Positions 44,714-53,575 of a stretch of 64,000 nucleotides of DNA are shown piece by piece. Position 1 is the first letter of the stretch, and the number at the start of each line of letters is the position of its first letter. The stretch is from Candidatus Saccharimonadota bacterium (GTDB lineage Bacteria > Patescibacteriota > Saccharimonadia > Saccharimonadales > UBA10212): the NCBI GenBank assembly GCA_022841445.1, contig JALHRM010000001.1:323777-387776 (forward strand). Direction: 5' to 3'. The position numbers and the translations under genes were made by a program. The notes beneath the pieces are model-generated. The model was given only the letters and a program-made list of their open reading frames with translations, was not told the origin of the DNA and ran no database searches.

Positions 44714-44998
44714 ATGCAAGACATACAGAAGAAAGCCATTGAGCTCGAGTCAAAATTTCGAAGTTATCTTGATGCGAGAGATCACTCGCTTGCTCGTCAA
44801 TTAGAAAGCGAAATCCGTAGGTTAATTGACGATGCCGAACAGAACAAACACCCTCGCGCAGTCGAAGACCGCGTAAAAAGTATTATTCGGATTCTTGATA
44901 CGGTTGATGATAGCGATGAAGTTATGGATCACCAGCACAGCGACGACTTGCGTAACCGCTGCGAACGATTGCGTGAAGATTTAAGAAGACTCCAGTAG
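44714..44998 (+). CDS. small hypothetical charged helical protein (94 aa)
   Basis: Follows 6 nt after the previous ORF. Strongly charged, coiled-coil-like composition (E/R/D-rich). Confidence 0.4.
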   Translation: MQDIQKKAIELESKFRSYLDARDHSLARQLESEIRRLIDDAEQNKHPRAVEDRVKSIIRILDTVDDSDEVMDHQHSDDLRNRCERLREDLRRLQ

Positions 44999-45011
44999 AG
45001 GATTTGGAAAA

Positions 45012-45578
45012 ATGGGATTTGGAATTACTGATTTAAAAAAGGGAACCGTTTTCCAGCTAGAAGGTGAGCCTTATAAAGTTATCGAATATAGCCAGAAAGT
45101 TATGGGGCGCGGTGGTTCGATTGTGAACGTACGTATAAAAAGTTTGCTCGACGGCAAAGTTCTAGCCAAAACCTTCAAGGGTAATGAACAAGTTTCCCCG
45201 GCGGACGTCAGCCAGAAAACTGTACAGTATTTGTATAACGACGGCAGCTCATACTTTTTTATGAATCCCGACACATATGAGCAGTTTGATTTACCGGCAG
45301 ATGAGCTCGAAGGCAAAACCGGCTACATGAAAGATGGCGATAGTGTTACCGCTCAGTTGTTCGATGGGCGAGTTATTGGCATCGATTTACCTAAGAATCT
45401 TTACCTTACCGTTACGTATACCGAAGACGTCGTGCGGGGGGACACGGCTAACTCTATTCAAAAAGATGCCCAGCTGGAAACAGGTATCACAATCAAAGTT
45501 CCGGCATTTATCAAAAACGGCGATGTTATATCAGTAGATACAACTACTGGTGCATACCGCGAGCGAAAGAAGGACTAA
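45012..45578 (+). CDS. efp: elongation factor P (Arg at the modification-loop tip)
   Basis: Full-length alignment by eye to E. coli EF-P. The loop VMGRGGS replaces KPGKGQA. Domain III motif GDT... and C-terminal VDTTTGAY.ER are present. Confidence 0.95.
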   Translation: MGFGITDLKKGTVFQLEGEPYKVIEYSQKVMGRGGSIVNVRIKSLLDGKVLAKTFKGNEQVSPADVSQKTVQYLYNDGSSYFFMNPDTYEQFDLPADELEGKTGYMKDGDSVTAQLFDGRVIGIDLPKNLYLTVTYTEDVVRGDTANSIQKDAQLETGITIKVPAFIKNGDVISVDTTTGAYRERKKD

Positions 45579-45582
45579 TCTG

Positions 45583-46161
45583 ATGGGTACTCTTGCAGTT
45601 TCCAGACCTCAGTTAGTTACGCCGGGTGGGATAGAAGAAAACGAGCGATATGCATTACGCTTAATGACTCCACCAGCTCTTGATGCCAACTCCGAATATG
45701 CATCAGTTAGTGGAGGAAGGGTGCTACCCATGAGTGAATTTCCGCCACACATTGATCTTGTACCACCAACTGAGACGATTGGCCTTGATGCTTTATACAA
45801 TGCAGCACTTGAGGCTGCATCAGATCAGAAACAATGCACAGTGCTATTGGATGAAGAAAGCAGGCAGATAGCCCTTAACGGAAGAAGGTACTTGGGTGTA
45901 GTTTTTGGCCCCGAACTTGTGGACATGTATACACTAATTGCGCGAACCCTGGGTGATAGTGAATTGCTAGCCAACAGCAACAGGCTGAGGGAAACAAGCT
46001 TTGTGTTGTCAGCTCGAAATAACCCGCAACCAGTAGAAGCTGTGCGTCGCGTAACTGCACTTTGTATCGTTCGTTGTTACGATAACGATCTGCGTGAAGT
46101 GGCCGATACTGTTTCGCTTCCTGATAGCGGCATGGGTTATCCCGGTGAAAATGCGGCTTGA
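45583..46161 (+). CDS. hypothetical cytosolic protein (orphan, 192 aa) in the efp-tlyA operon
   Basis: RBS AGAAGGA then ATG 45583, 4 nt after the efp stop. Its 3' end overlaps the tlyA start by 11 nt. No known motif. Confidence 0.45.
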   Translation: MGTLAVSRPQLVTPGGIEENERYALRLMTPPALDANSEYASVSGGRVLPMSEFPPHIDLVPPTETIGLDALYNAALEAASDQKQCTVLLDEESRQIALNGRRYLGVVFGPELVDMYTLIARTLGDSELLANSNRLRETSFVLSARNNPQPVEAVRRVTALCIVRCYDNDLREVADTVSLPDSGMGYPGENAA

Positions 46162-46858
46162 TCAGTATTTGGCTTCGCGTCAATTGGTAACATCACGCTC
46201 ACAGGCTGAATCGTATATAAAAATGGGCTCTGTCAAAGTCAATGGCAAGGTAATTACAAAGTCGGGCTACTCTATTAGTGAAAGTGATAAAGTTCAACTC
46301 ACTCAAGCCGAGCAATACGTTAGCCGCGCGGGATTGAAACTAGCTGGAGTCGCGAAAGATTTGAAACTGGACTTTCGCGGTAAAACTGTTTTAGATGTCG
46401 GTAGTAGTACGGGCGGTTTTACTGATTACGCACTCCGGAACGGTGCCGAAAAGGTAATCGCAGTTGATGTTGGTACTAATCAGCTACACCCAAGCCTGCA
46501 CGGTAACACGCGAATTGAGCTGCATGAAAAAACCGACATCCGCGACTTTACACCTAGCCAAGCTGTTGATGTCGTGGTAATCGACGTCAGCTTCATCAGT
46601 CTTAGGCAAATCCTCCCTCACATCCGTGACATCATCGATATATCAACGATTGTTGTGGCTATGGTTAAGCCACAGTTCGAGGCCGAAAGAAATCAGGTCA
46701 ACAAAGGTGTCATCAAAAACAACGCCATTAGGCGAGCAGTACTAAAAGACTTTGAAGATTGGGTCAGGGCTTTTTTTATGATCCGCTCTCAGGCTGATAG
46801 CCAAATTGCGGGTGAAAAAGGCAATGTCGAACGATTTTACTCAATGACATCCTTGTAG
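46151..46858 (+). CDS. tlyA: TlyA-family rRNA 2'-O-methyltransferase
   Basis: S4-like N-terminus MRLDQYLASRQLVTSRSQAESYI, SAM motif VLDVGSSTGGFTDYAL, VDVG.NQL. ATG 46151 is preferred to track start 46094. Confidence 0.85.
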   Translation: MRLDQYLASRQLVTSRSQAESYIKMGSVKVNGKVITKSGYSISESDKVQLTQAEQYVSRAGLKLAGVAKDLKLDFRGKTVLDVGSSTGGFTDYALRNGAEKVIAVDVGTNQLHPSLHGNTRIELHEKTDIRDFTPSQAVDVVVIDVSFISLRQILPHIRDIIDISTIVVAMVKPQFEAERNQVNKGVIKNNAIRRAVLKDFEDWVRAFFMIRSQADSQIAGEKGNVERFYSMTSL

Positions 46859-46866
46859 TTCTATTT

Positions 46867-46927
46867 GTTGACCCTCGATCAGAATCCTCGACCACCTTTG
46901 GTGGTCTGCGGATGACCTCGCGTCAAC
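46867..46927 (+). other. compound hairpin after tlyA (no U-tract)
   Basis: GACCACC TTT GGTGGTC core (46890-46906), flanked by ATCC/GGAT (46884-87 / 46910-13) and closed by GTTGAC/GTCAAC (46867-72 / 46922-27). Confidence 0.5.
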
Positions 46928-47057
46928 AGATTGACTCTTCATCACTTTCATAAAATACTTGCGATATGTAATACGTAGCGTTATGATTTGCTTAAGCTTA
47001 AAAAAGCTCGCATTCGAACAAAATCAATACCAACATCTAAAACAAACTCGCAAAAAG

Positions 47058-48011
47058 ATGTACAAAAACAACTTAGGCGTAACCGCGTCTAATACTAATT
47101 CATATACCCACAAAAAGGGTTTTCGACCGATTAAGCATCACGGCTTTCGCTATGTGGTGTTGTCTGTGTTCGTAATTAGCGGTGCAATGATGATTGCCAT
47201 ACTTCAGTTTGGCGTAAGTCTAGATAGCGCCGAGCGACAGCCTGATGTTTTGGCTGCGACTGTAGTCGAGCGCACCGCACCAGAAGTGCCAAAGGCCATT
47301 GAAACTCTTCCCGAACAACCTCTCGAAGATGAGAAATTACAGTTATTGCTGCAGGACTGGGCTGCTACGCATTCTGCTCAAGATTGGTCGGTAGTTATAC
47401 AAGAAGCCGGGTCGGATGCCTATAGTGCATCCATAAGAGCCGGGTCATGGTATGTGCCTGCGAGTGTTTATAAATTGATGATGACCTACACGCTGTTTAA
47501 CCGCATCGGGTTCGACAACATGCGGAGCATCTATATAACTGTTGATGGCAAAAAACAAACACTCGATGCTTGTGTTGACGCTATGCTCAGGTATTCCGAT
47601 AACCCATGCGGAGAAGCTGTCGGCAAGTACCTCGGGTGGTTTAGGGTAGAAGCAGATTTGCACAAATTGGGTCTTAAAAATACTTTTGTGAACCGAAAGG
47701 ACACCATGTTTTCTACGGCTGCCGATGCAGCGCTGTACATGAACTTGCTATATCAAGGCAAACTGTTTGGCGAACGTGAAACGAACTATGTCGTATCTAC
47801 ACTTCAACAACAGCGCTTAAGAGCAGGCATTCCAAAGGGTTGCAGTGACTGCGTTGTTGCTAACAAAACGGGGGATCTAGGTAATGTTCGTCACGATGTT
47901 GCACTTGTCGAAAAAGACGGCAAAAAGTATGTTTTGGCAATCTTTACATCTGGTGCGCCGTACGGCCAGATTGCCGAGCTTACAAGCCGGGTCGTTAGCC
48001 AAATTGATTAG
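47058..48011 (+). CDS. membrane-anchored class A beta-lactamase-like serine hydrolase
   Basis: TM (YVVLSVFVISGAMMIAIL), then SxxK (PASVYKL), SDN (RYSDNPC) and KTG (ANKTGD) motifs. ATG 47058 is preferred. Confidence 0.7.
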   Translation: MYKNNLGVTASNTNSYTHKKGFRPIKHHGFRYVVLSVFVISGAMMIAILQFGVSLDSAERQPDVLAATVVERTAPEVPKAIETLPEQPLEDEKLQLLLQDWAATHSAQDWSVVIQEAGSDAYSASIRAGSWYVPASVYKLMMTYTLFNRIGFDNMRSIYITVDGKKQTLDACVDAMLRYSDNPCGEAVGKYLGWFRVEADLHKLGLKNTFVNRKDTMFSTAADAALYMNLLYQGKLFGERETNYVVSTLQQQRLRAGIPKGCSDCVVANKTGDLGNVRHDVALVEKDGKKYVLAIFTSGAPYGQIAELTSRVVSQID

Positions 48012-48014
48012 TAG

Positions 48015-48404
48015 TTACTTCTTGCCGATAGTGCCAAGATGGGTGTGTTTGAACGAGTCTCGGTGCTTAAGGCCGTAACCAAGCAAGCGGTCGAGGCCGA
48101 TGTGTGCGAGCCAGATAAGTGCGATATATACCGCGAGCTCCCAGTTATTGAGCAGACCGACCGTCAAAAGCAGCAGCGGCAGAACCATGGAATGACCAAT
48201 ATTGTAGATTATTGAACCGATGTGGGGGTTTAGCAAGTAACCGAGCATAAACATATCGACAGCGAGCAGTAGTACGATAAACATGAACCAGTTGCCATCG
48301 GTAAGATAATAAAAAGTAGTCGCAAATGTAACTAATGCGAGACCTTCAAGTCTTTGAATATGAATAGTAGTGTTACGTATTGAACCTGAATTCGACGACA
48401 TCAT
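48015..48404 (-). CDS. DUF4260-like integral membrane protein
   Basis: 4 TM. RLEGLAL... N-terminus and HIGLDRLLGYGLK...F..THLG near the C-terminus. The start overlaps ychF by 32 nt, so it is uncertain. Confidence 0.5.
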   Translation of the reverse strand: MMSSNSGSIRNTTIHIQRLEGLALVTFATTFYYLTDGNWFMFIVLLLAVDMFMLGYLLNPHIGSIIYNIGHSMVLPLLLLTVGLLNNWELAVYIALIWLAHIGLDRLLGYGLKHRDSFKHTHLGTIGKK

Positions 48405-49452
48405 CTGGCTTCATTATATAGGTTTTGCCTTCAGTGCGAACTTTTCCGGCGGCTTTGGCTGCAGCTTCTGAACCAGCTGTAACAAGATCGTTGTAATCAA
48501 TAATCTGCGCTGCGATAAATCCTCGTTCGAAATCTCCATGAATAACTCCGGCTGCTTGCGGGGCAGTGAAGCCTTTTTTGATTGTCCACGCCCGGACTTC
48601 TTTTTCTCCCGCAGTCAGGTAACTTTGCAATCCAAGTGTGTCGTATGCTGCTCGTACCAGTTGTGCGAGGCCGCTTTCGGTCTGACCGTAGCTTTCTAAC
48701 AATTCAAGCCGGTCACTATCGTCAAGGCCGCGAAGTTCGCTTTCCAGTTTTGCACAAATAAAAACGGACTGCGCTGGTGCAACCATCTTTGAAAGCTGTT
48801 GTAATGAGTCTCCCTGCAGCGCTTCTTCATCAACATTAAAGACGTAAATAACCGGCTTGGCTGTGAGTAGTTGCAAATCGGTAATTTCTAATGATTTGGC
48901 CCTTAGATCTTCGTTTTGCGACAAGGGTGTACCGCTATCAAGTAGTGCTTTAACTTCTTCTAAAACACTTTTTAGCGGCAGTAGTTTTGGGTTGGCCTTT
49001 GCTTCTTTATCCATTCGGGGTATTCGTTTTTCTATTGTCTGGAGATCCGCTAAAACTAACTCCGTATTGATGACATCGATATCTTTTTGAGGGTTTGGCT
49101 GATCATCAACATGCTGAACATTGTTGTCGCTGAATGCTCTCACAACATGGCAGATGGCATTGGTGCTCCGGATATTGGCCAGAAATTGGTTGCCAAGACC
49201 TTCGCCCTGACTGGCACCAGCAACAAGCCCTGCGATGTCTACAAAAGTGACCGTAGCCGGTATGATCTTCTGTGATTTGTATAGCTCGGCCAATTTGGTG
49301 AGCCGTTCGTCAGCAATGGGCACGATGCCGGTGTTTGGTTCAATTGTTGCAAAGGGGTAATTTGCTGCCAACACTTCATTGTCTGTGAGGGCATTAAATA
49401 ATGTGGACTTGCCGACATTCGGCAGCCCGACTATACCGATAGATAAACTCAT
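48373..49452 (-). CDS. ychF: redox-regulated ATPase YchF
   Basis: IGIVGLPNVGKSTLFNALT, DIAGLV.GAS.GEGLGN and a TGS domain at the C-terminus. Confidence 0.95.
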   Translation of the reverse strand: MSLSIGIVGLPNVGKSTLFNALTDNEVLAANYPFATIEPNTGIVPIADERLTKLAELYKSQKIIPATVTFVDIAGLVAGASQGEGLGNQFLANIRSTNAICHVVRAFSDNNVQHVDDQPNPQKDIDVINTELVLADLQTIEKRIPRMDKEAKANPKLLPLKSVLEEVKALLDSGTPLSQNEDLRAKSLEITDLQLLTAKPVIYVFNVDEEALQGDSLQQLSKMVAPAQSVFICAKLESELRGLDDSDRLELLESYGQTESGLAQLVRAAYDTLGLQSYLTAGEKEVRAWTIKKGFTAPQAAGVIHGDFERGFIAAQIIDYNDLVTAGSEAAAKAAGKVRTEGKTYIMKPDDVVEFRFNT

Positions 49453-49501
49453 ATTACATACATTCTAACAGGGGTAGTGATTTAATACTATACAGAGGTT
49501 C

Positions 49502-49530
49502 TTGTTTACAGCTGTTTCTATACCTATAAT
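49502..49530 (+). promoter_or_regulatory. sigma-70 promoter, near-leaderless geometry
   Basis: TTGTTT (49502-49507), 17-nt spacer, TATAAT (49525-49530). The ATG at 49541 is 10 nt after the -10. Confidence 0.5.
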
Positions 49531-49540
49531 GCTTATTAAT

Positions 49541-50068
49541 ATGTCTGCGAACGCTGGGGCGGGAATTATTAGCAAAATAGGCAATGCTCGCTTGAGGTAT
49601 CTACTCATCGGTGCAGCCGTCACCGGTCTGTTGGTCGGTGCAATTATTTATTTTGTGCAGCCCCAAGATAGCGCAACGACCACTCAGCAACCGAACAAAG
49701 TGACGCAACCTTCTGATGTGGCAACACCCGATCAAATCCGAGAAAACATGGTTCCACGCTACAAGGAACTACTTGAGAGTGGTGACCTAAAGCAGTACCA
49801 GCTCCAGCTTTTGTCACTTGCTAGTCAGTACAAAGCAGCGGGTGATGTTGAGGGGCAGCGTGAAGTGTATGAGCAAATAAAAACCAATGTGCCAGTAGAC
49901 AAGATGGCAATTGCAACGTTGACTCATTTGTTTATTTTTGCCGAATCCCAGAGGAATCAAGCCGACATACGTCGGTTTGGCGTACCATTAGTCGATGCCT
50001 TAAATAACGCACAGCGGACTGAAGAAGCTAAAGGTATCAGTAATCGCCTAAAGGAAGTATCGTCGTGA
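49541..50068 (+). CDS. single-pass membrane protein with helical (TPR-like?) ectodomain
   Basis: MSANAGAGIISK..., TM LLIGAAVTGLLVGAIIYFV, Thr/Gln linker and a helical domain. The stop overlaps the next start (GTGA). Confidence 0.5.
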   Translation: MSANAGAGIISKIGNARLRYLLIGAAVTGLLVGAIIYFVQPQDSATTTQQPNKVTQPSDVATPDQIRENMVPRYKELLESGDLKQYQLQLLSLASQYKAAGDVEGQREVYEQIKTNVPVDKMAIATLTHLFIFAESQRNQADIRRFGVPLVDALNNAQRTEEAKGISNRLKEVSS

Positions 50069-52467
50069 CCAGTTCACTACGCAGCATGCTAACTCCTGTA
50101 TTGTGGTTTGCATGCATACTCACACTACTGACTATTGCATCAATATTGTTCAATTCTAAAGCATCAGCCTACAACCCGGATGCTATTAGCAATCAGGCAC
50201 CCATGGAAAATTCAATGGATATTGTTCGGGGCAGGGATGCTGGACAGTCGTTAGCCCCGTATTTCATAGTTGGTGTTAGCGGACCAGATGGTTATGATGG
50301 CAATGTATCTTGGGCAAAAGTTTATGTACCAAATGGTCAGCCGGCTCGCTTAACGGTTCAATATGGTGGAGGGCATTGCGCTCGTGATGATTCAATACCT
50401 AGTGATGTAACTTATGAAATGTATGATCTAACAAACAGAGATGATTTTACTATCAGCCAACCTGGAGAGGCATTCGGCCTACCGTACAGAGAGACAAAAG
50501 ATAATTCAGATATGGGGGGTGTGTGTGATGACAGTTCATTTTATTTTGATATTCCGGCAAATGCCGGCATCACTTCTACGATAACTGGCCATACCGGATA
50601 CCGGGTATTTGGTTTTCGTGCGACGCTTAACAATGTATGGCCAGGCGGTTCAGGATCAATTACTAAAACATATCGCCTTCGGGTAAATAATGGCGGATTA
50701 GTAGGATTTTCGCGGCCGATTACTGCACTAGAACAAAACACAGTTTTTGGTGTTTTCAATAATGAATTTCAGCGTCAGGGTAGAGGTGGCAACTGGAATT
50801 ATAACGTGCAGTTTGCGCCACGTTGTGGAGAAAATGACCCCAATTCTAACCTTACAATTTATGATGCTGATTGGGCTACTGCTCGCTTTCAACCAGACTT
50901 GAGCTTTGAGGTGCGTGGCGAACGTAATGTTGCGCCAGTTGATCCAGCCGGGAGCTGGCCAAGACGATTTTTATTAGTAGAGCGCAATGACTTTAACCCA
51001 GGTAGTAAGGTATTGCAAAGCTTTACCTATGAAGCGAACGATGCCTATAAGTATCGCCTAAATTGGAGTGATATTGCTTACAACAATGCCGTCCAGACCA
51101 GAATAGTCTTTGACCAGTTTGACGCACAAAGAATAATTGAATGCGCCGTTGTGCCGCCCCCACCACCAGCCGTTGTGACCGAGACGAGGCCTTACATTAA
51201 AGCGTATGGCGCTCATGTCGTTACGGGCGGATGGTTTGATGATGGTGATGTGTCTTGCGGTGGTAATTCTAACTACAAGGAGGCGAGTCAAACATCGGTG
51301 GGCAATAATCCTTACCCAGGAGGAATACGTACTTTTGGTGTAGTGGAGAGGTCTGGAGCTACATTTAACGCCTTTGGATCAGTGAGTAAATATGGGTCGC
51401 GGTCGCTTGGCCTGGTGGAAGGAAGCGGCTTTTTGCCTAGCGGTGCAACAGTCGCTGATCATAGATCGATTACAGGGAGTGGCTACGGGTTCTTTACGAA
51501 TCAGTTACATCCAACTCCTTCTACTGATCCGCCACCTGCATTGGCGCGTTATTACAGTCCTACTTATCTGACACTTGCGAATGGGTCGCCACCGTCTACA
51601 TCTACACATTATCCACCATCAACAGACTATCCATCGGTTGGGGCGAAATATGCTGGGGGTATTCTGGGCGGTGTTGATGCGGCGGTTAGCGACCAGTGTA
51701 TCCCCGATTTTTATGGAACTACACAAGGGAATCCGGCCGTACTATCGGCACTTAATCCTGTCACTAATTTAGCGGCGCTTGCCAGTACGCAACAGATTAT
51801 AGCACCTGGTGCCGGTCAGAATGCTCAAATAGGTACCGGCGCGCAACTGGCTATAGTTGCTGGACAGCGCCTGACGATTTATGTTGAGGGTGATGTCTAC
51901 ATCGGAAGTAATATTGTCTATACACCTGGCTATGATTATTCTGAGCCGGAAGAAGTACCGTACTTTAGTCTAATTGTCAGAGGTAATATTTACGTCGGCA
52001 AGAATGTTGATAGGCTAGAAGGGTTTTATGTTGCTCAACCGGATACTAGTTCGCAAGCAGCAATTGATGCTACGGGAAACTTTGTAACTTGCGCAGAACG
52101 TTCACCGGCAAGTGCCCCGCCTAGCGCAGTTAGCTACGCCCAATTGGGCAATGAATGTAACAATCGGCTACTTGTTAACGGTGCAGTAGCTGCCAAGCGG
52201 GCAGTCTTGCTCAGATCAAATGGGTCTATAGAGCGTGCATTACCGAACGAAGATTTTACGCAAGGTGTCACATATCCTGCTAATGCTGGTGGGCGAACGC
52301 CAAATAACTCTTTTTCTGGTGGCACTTTTCGACAAGGCGATACCGCCGCTGAAGTGTTTAACTACATTCCTGAAATGATGATAGCCACCCCGAACTTTGC
52401 AGGTGGCGGGGATCTGCTTAATCGGTTTGAGGTAGAGCGTATCTACAGCTTACCGCCAGTTTTTTAG
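50065..52467 (+). CDS. large secreted/anchored protein (800 aa), unknown family, pilus-locus associated
   Basis: N-terminal signal/anchor (VLWFACILTLLTIASILF...ASA) and two domains split by a PPPPP linker. Cys-containing. The C-terminal half has beta-helix-like repeats (GDVYIGSNIVY, VRGNIYVGKNV, LLVNGAVAA). Confidence 0.6.
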   Translation: MTSSLRSMLTPVLWFACILTLLTIASILFNSKASAYNPDAISNQAPMENSMDIVRGRDAGQSLAPYFIVGVSGPDGYDGNVSWAKVYVPNGQPARLTVQYGGGHCARDDSIPSDVTYEMYDLTNRDDFTISQPGEAFGLPYRETKDNSDMGGVCDDSSFYFDIPANAGITSTITGHTGYRVFGFRATLNNVWPGGSGSITKTYRLRVNNGGLVGFSRPITALEQNTVFGVFNNEFQRQGRGGNWNYNVQFAPRCGENDPNSNLTIYDADWATARFQPDLSFEVRGERNVAPVDPAGSWPRRFLLVERNDFNPGSKVLQSFTYEANDAYKYRLNWSDIAYNNAVQTRIVFDQFDAQRIIECAVVPPPPPAVVTETRPYIKAYGAHVVTGGWFDDGDVSCGGNSNYKEASQTSVGNNPYPGGIRTFGVVERSGATFNAFGSVSKYGSRSLGLVEGSGFLPSGATVADHRSITGSGYGFFTNQLHPTPSTDPPPALARYYSPTYLTLANGSPPSTSTHYPPSTDYPSVGAKYAGGILGGVDAAVSDQCIPDFYGTTQGNPAVLSALNPVTNLAALASTQQIIAPGAGQNAQIGTGAQLAIVAGQRLTIYVEGDVYIGSNIVYTPGYDYSEPEEVPYFSLIVRGNIYVGKNVDRLEGFYVAQPDTSSQAAIDATGNFVTCAERSPASAPPSAVSYAQLGNECNNRLLVNGAVAAKRAVLLRSNGSIERALPNEDFTQGVTYPANAGGRTPNNSFSGGTFRQGDTAAEVFNYIPEMMIATPNFAGGGDLLNRFEVERIYSLPPVF

Positions 52468-52534
52468 GTGAGAGGACTAAATGCGTAGCTTTAGTAGCAA
52501 CGGTAATGCTTATGGTATATAATCGGAGACAACT

Positions 52535-53575
52535 ATGAGCATACTGAGTGGGGTATCGAACTTTTTTGGTCTGGACATCGGCACTTCGGCTATTCGCGTG
52601 GTTGAGCTAAAAGGGAAAGGCCCTGTTAAAACGTTGTCCGCCTACGCCCAAGGGCCTGTAGACGAAAAAATTGCTTTAAGCGACGCCAAGGCTGACCAAC
52701 AGCGATTGGTTCAGGTTATCAAAGACATCGTCAAGCAAGCCGGTATTAGTACCCATAACGTGGCTGTCGGTTTGCCGTCTAGTCGTGTGTTTACCACAGT
52801 AGTTGATTTTGAAAGACTGGGCTCGGACGAGTTAGCAAAAACGATTCGCTACCAGGCTGAATCACTCATCCCGACGCCAATATCTGATTCTAAAATAGAT
52901 TGGGCGGTAATTGGCGATTCACCCAAAGATACTACTAAGGTTGAAATTTTACTCACCAGCGTACCAAATAATTTTGTAGAAAACCGTCTCGATATGCTGG
53001 AAGAGGCCGGTTTTAACGTCATAGCTTTTGAACCTGACAGCATGGCGGTGATGCGTTCCACTATTCCATTTGATACGACCGCCCCCCAGATGGTGCTCGA
53101 TGTTGGCAATAAGGCCACCGATCTTGTTATTTCGGTTGGCGGCGCTCCAAGATTATCCAGGTCAATCCCAACCGGTATTGATGCTATTGTGCGATCCGCT
53201 ATGCAGAACCTGAGTATTGACCAGAAGCAAGCCAATCAGTTTGTGTTCAAATTCGGGCTCGGTAAAGACAAACTAGAAGGTCAAATCTACAATGCAATTA
53301 TCAGTACAGTCGACCTGCTAATGGCTGAAGTTGAAAAGTCGGTCAAATTTTTTCACACTCGTTACGGAGACGTGCCGATTGAAAAAATATACGTTACCGG
53401 TGGGGCTTCGGTATTGCCCGAATTTCCACTGTATTTAAACAGTAAATCCGGTATTAGTGTAGAAATTGGTAACGCCTGGCGCAACATCAACTTCCCAGTC
53501 AGTAAGCAAAATGAACTGCTCAGTATATCTAACCACTTTGGCGTAGCGGTAGGACTGGCGGAGCGCATCGAATGA
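52535..53575 (+). CDS. pilM: type IV pilus assembly ATPase-like protein PilM
   Basis: Actin-like fold N-terminus FFGLDIGTSAIRVVEL; about 346 aa. Followed by pilN with an ATGA overlap. Confidence 0.85.
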   Translation: MSILSGVSNFFGLDIGTSAIRVVELKGKGPVKTLSAYAQGPVDEKIALSDAKADQQRLVQVIKDIVKQAGISTHNVAVGLPSSRVFTTVVDFERLGSDELAKTIRYQAESLIPTPISDSKIDWAVIGDSPKDTTKVEILLTSVPNNFVENRLDMLEEAGFNVIAFEPDSMAVMRSTIPFDTTAPQMVLDVGNKATDLVISVGGAPRLSRSIPTGIDAIVRSAMQNLSIDQKQANQFVFKFGLGKDKLEGQIYNAIISTVDLLMAEVEKSVKFFHTRYGDVPIEKIYVTGGASVLPEFPLYLNSKSGISVEIGNAWRNINFPVSKQNELLSISNHFGVAVGLAERIE

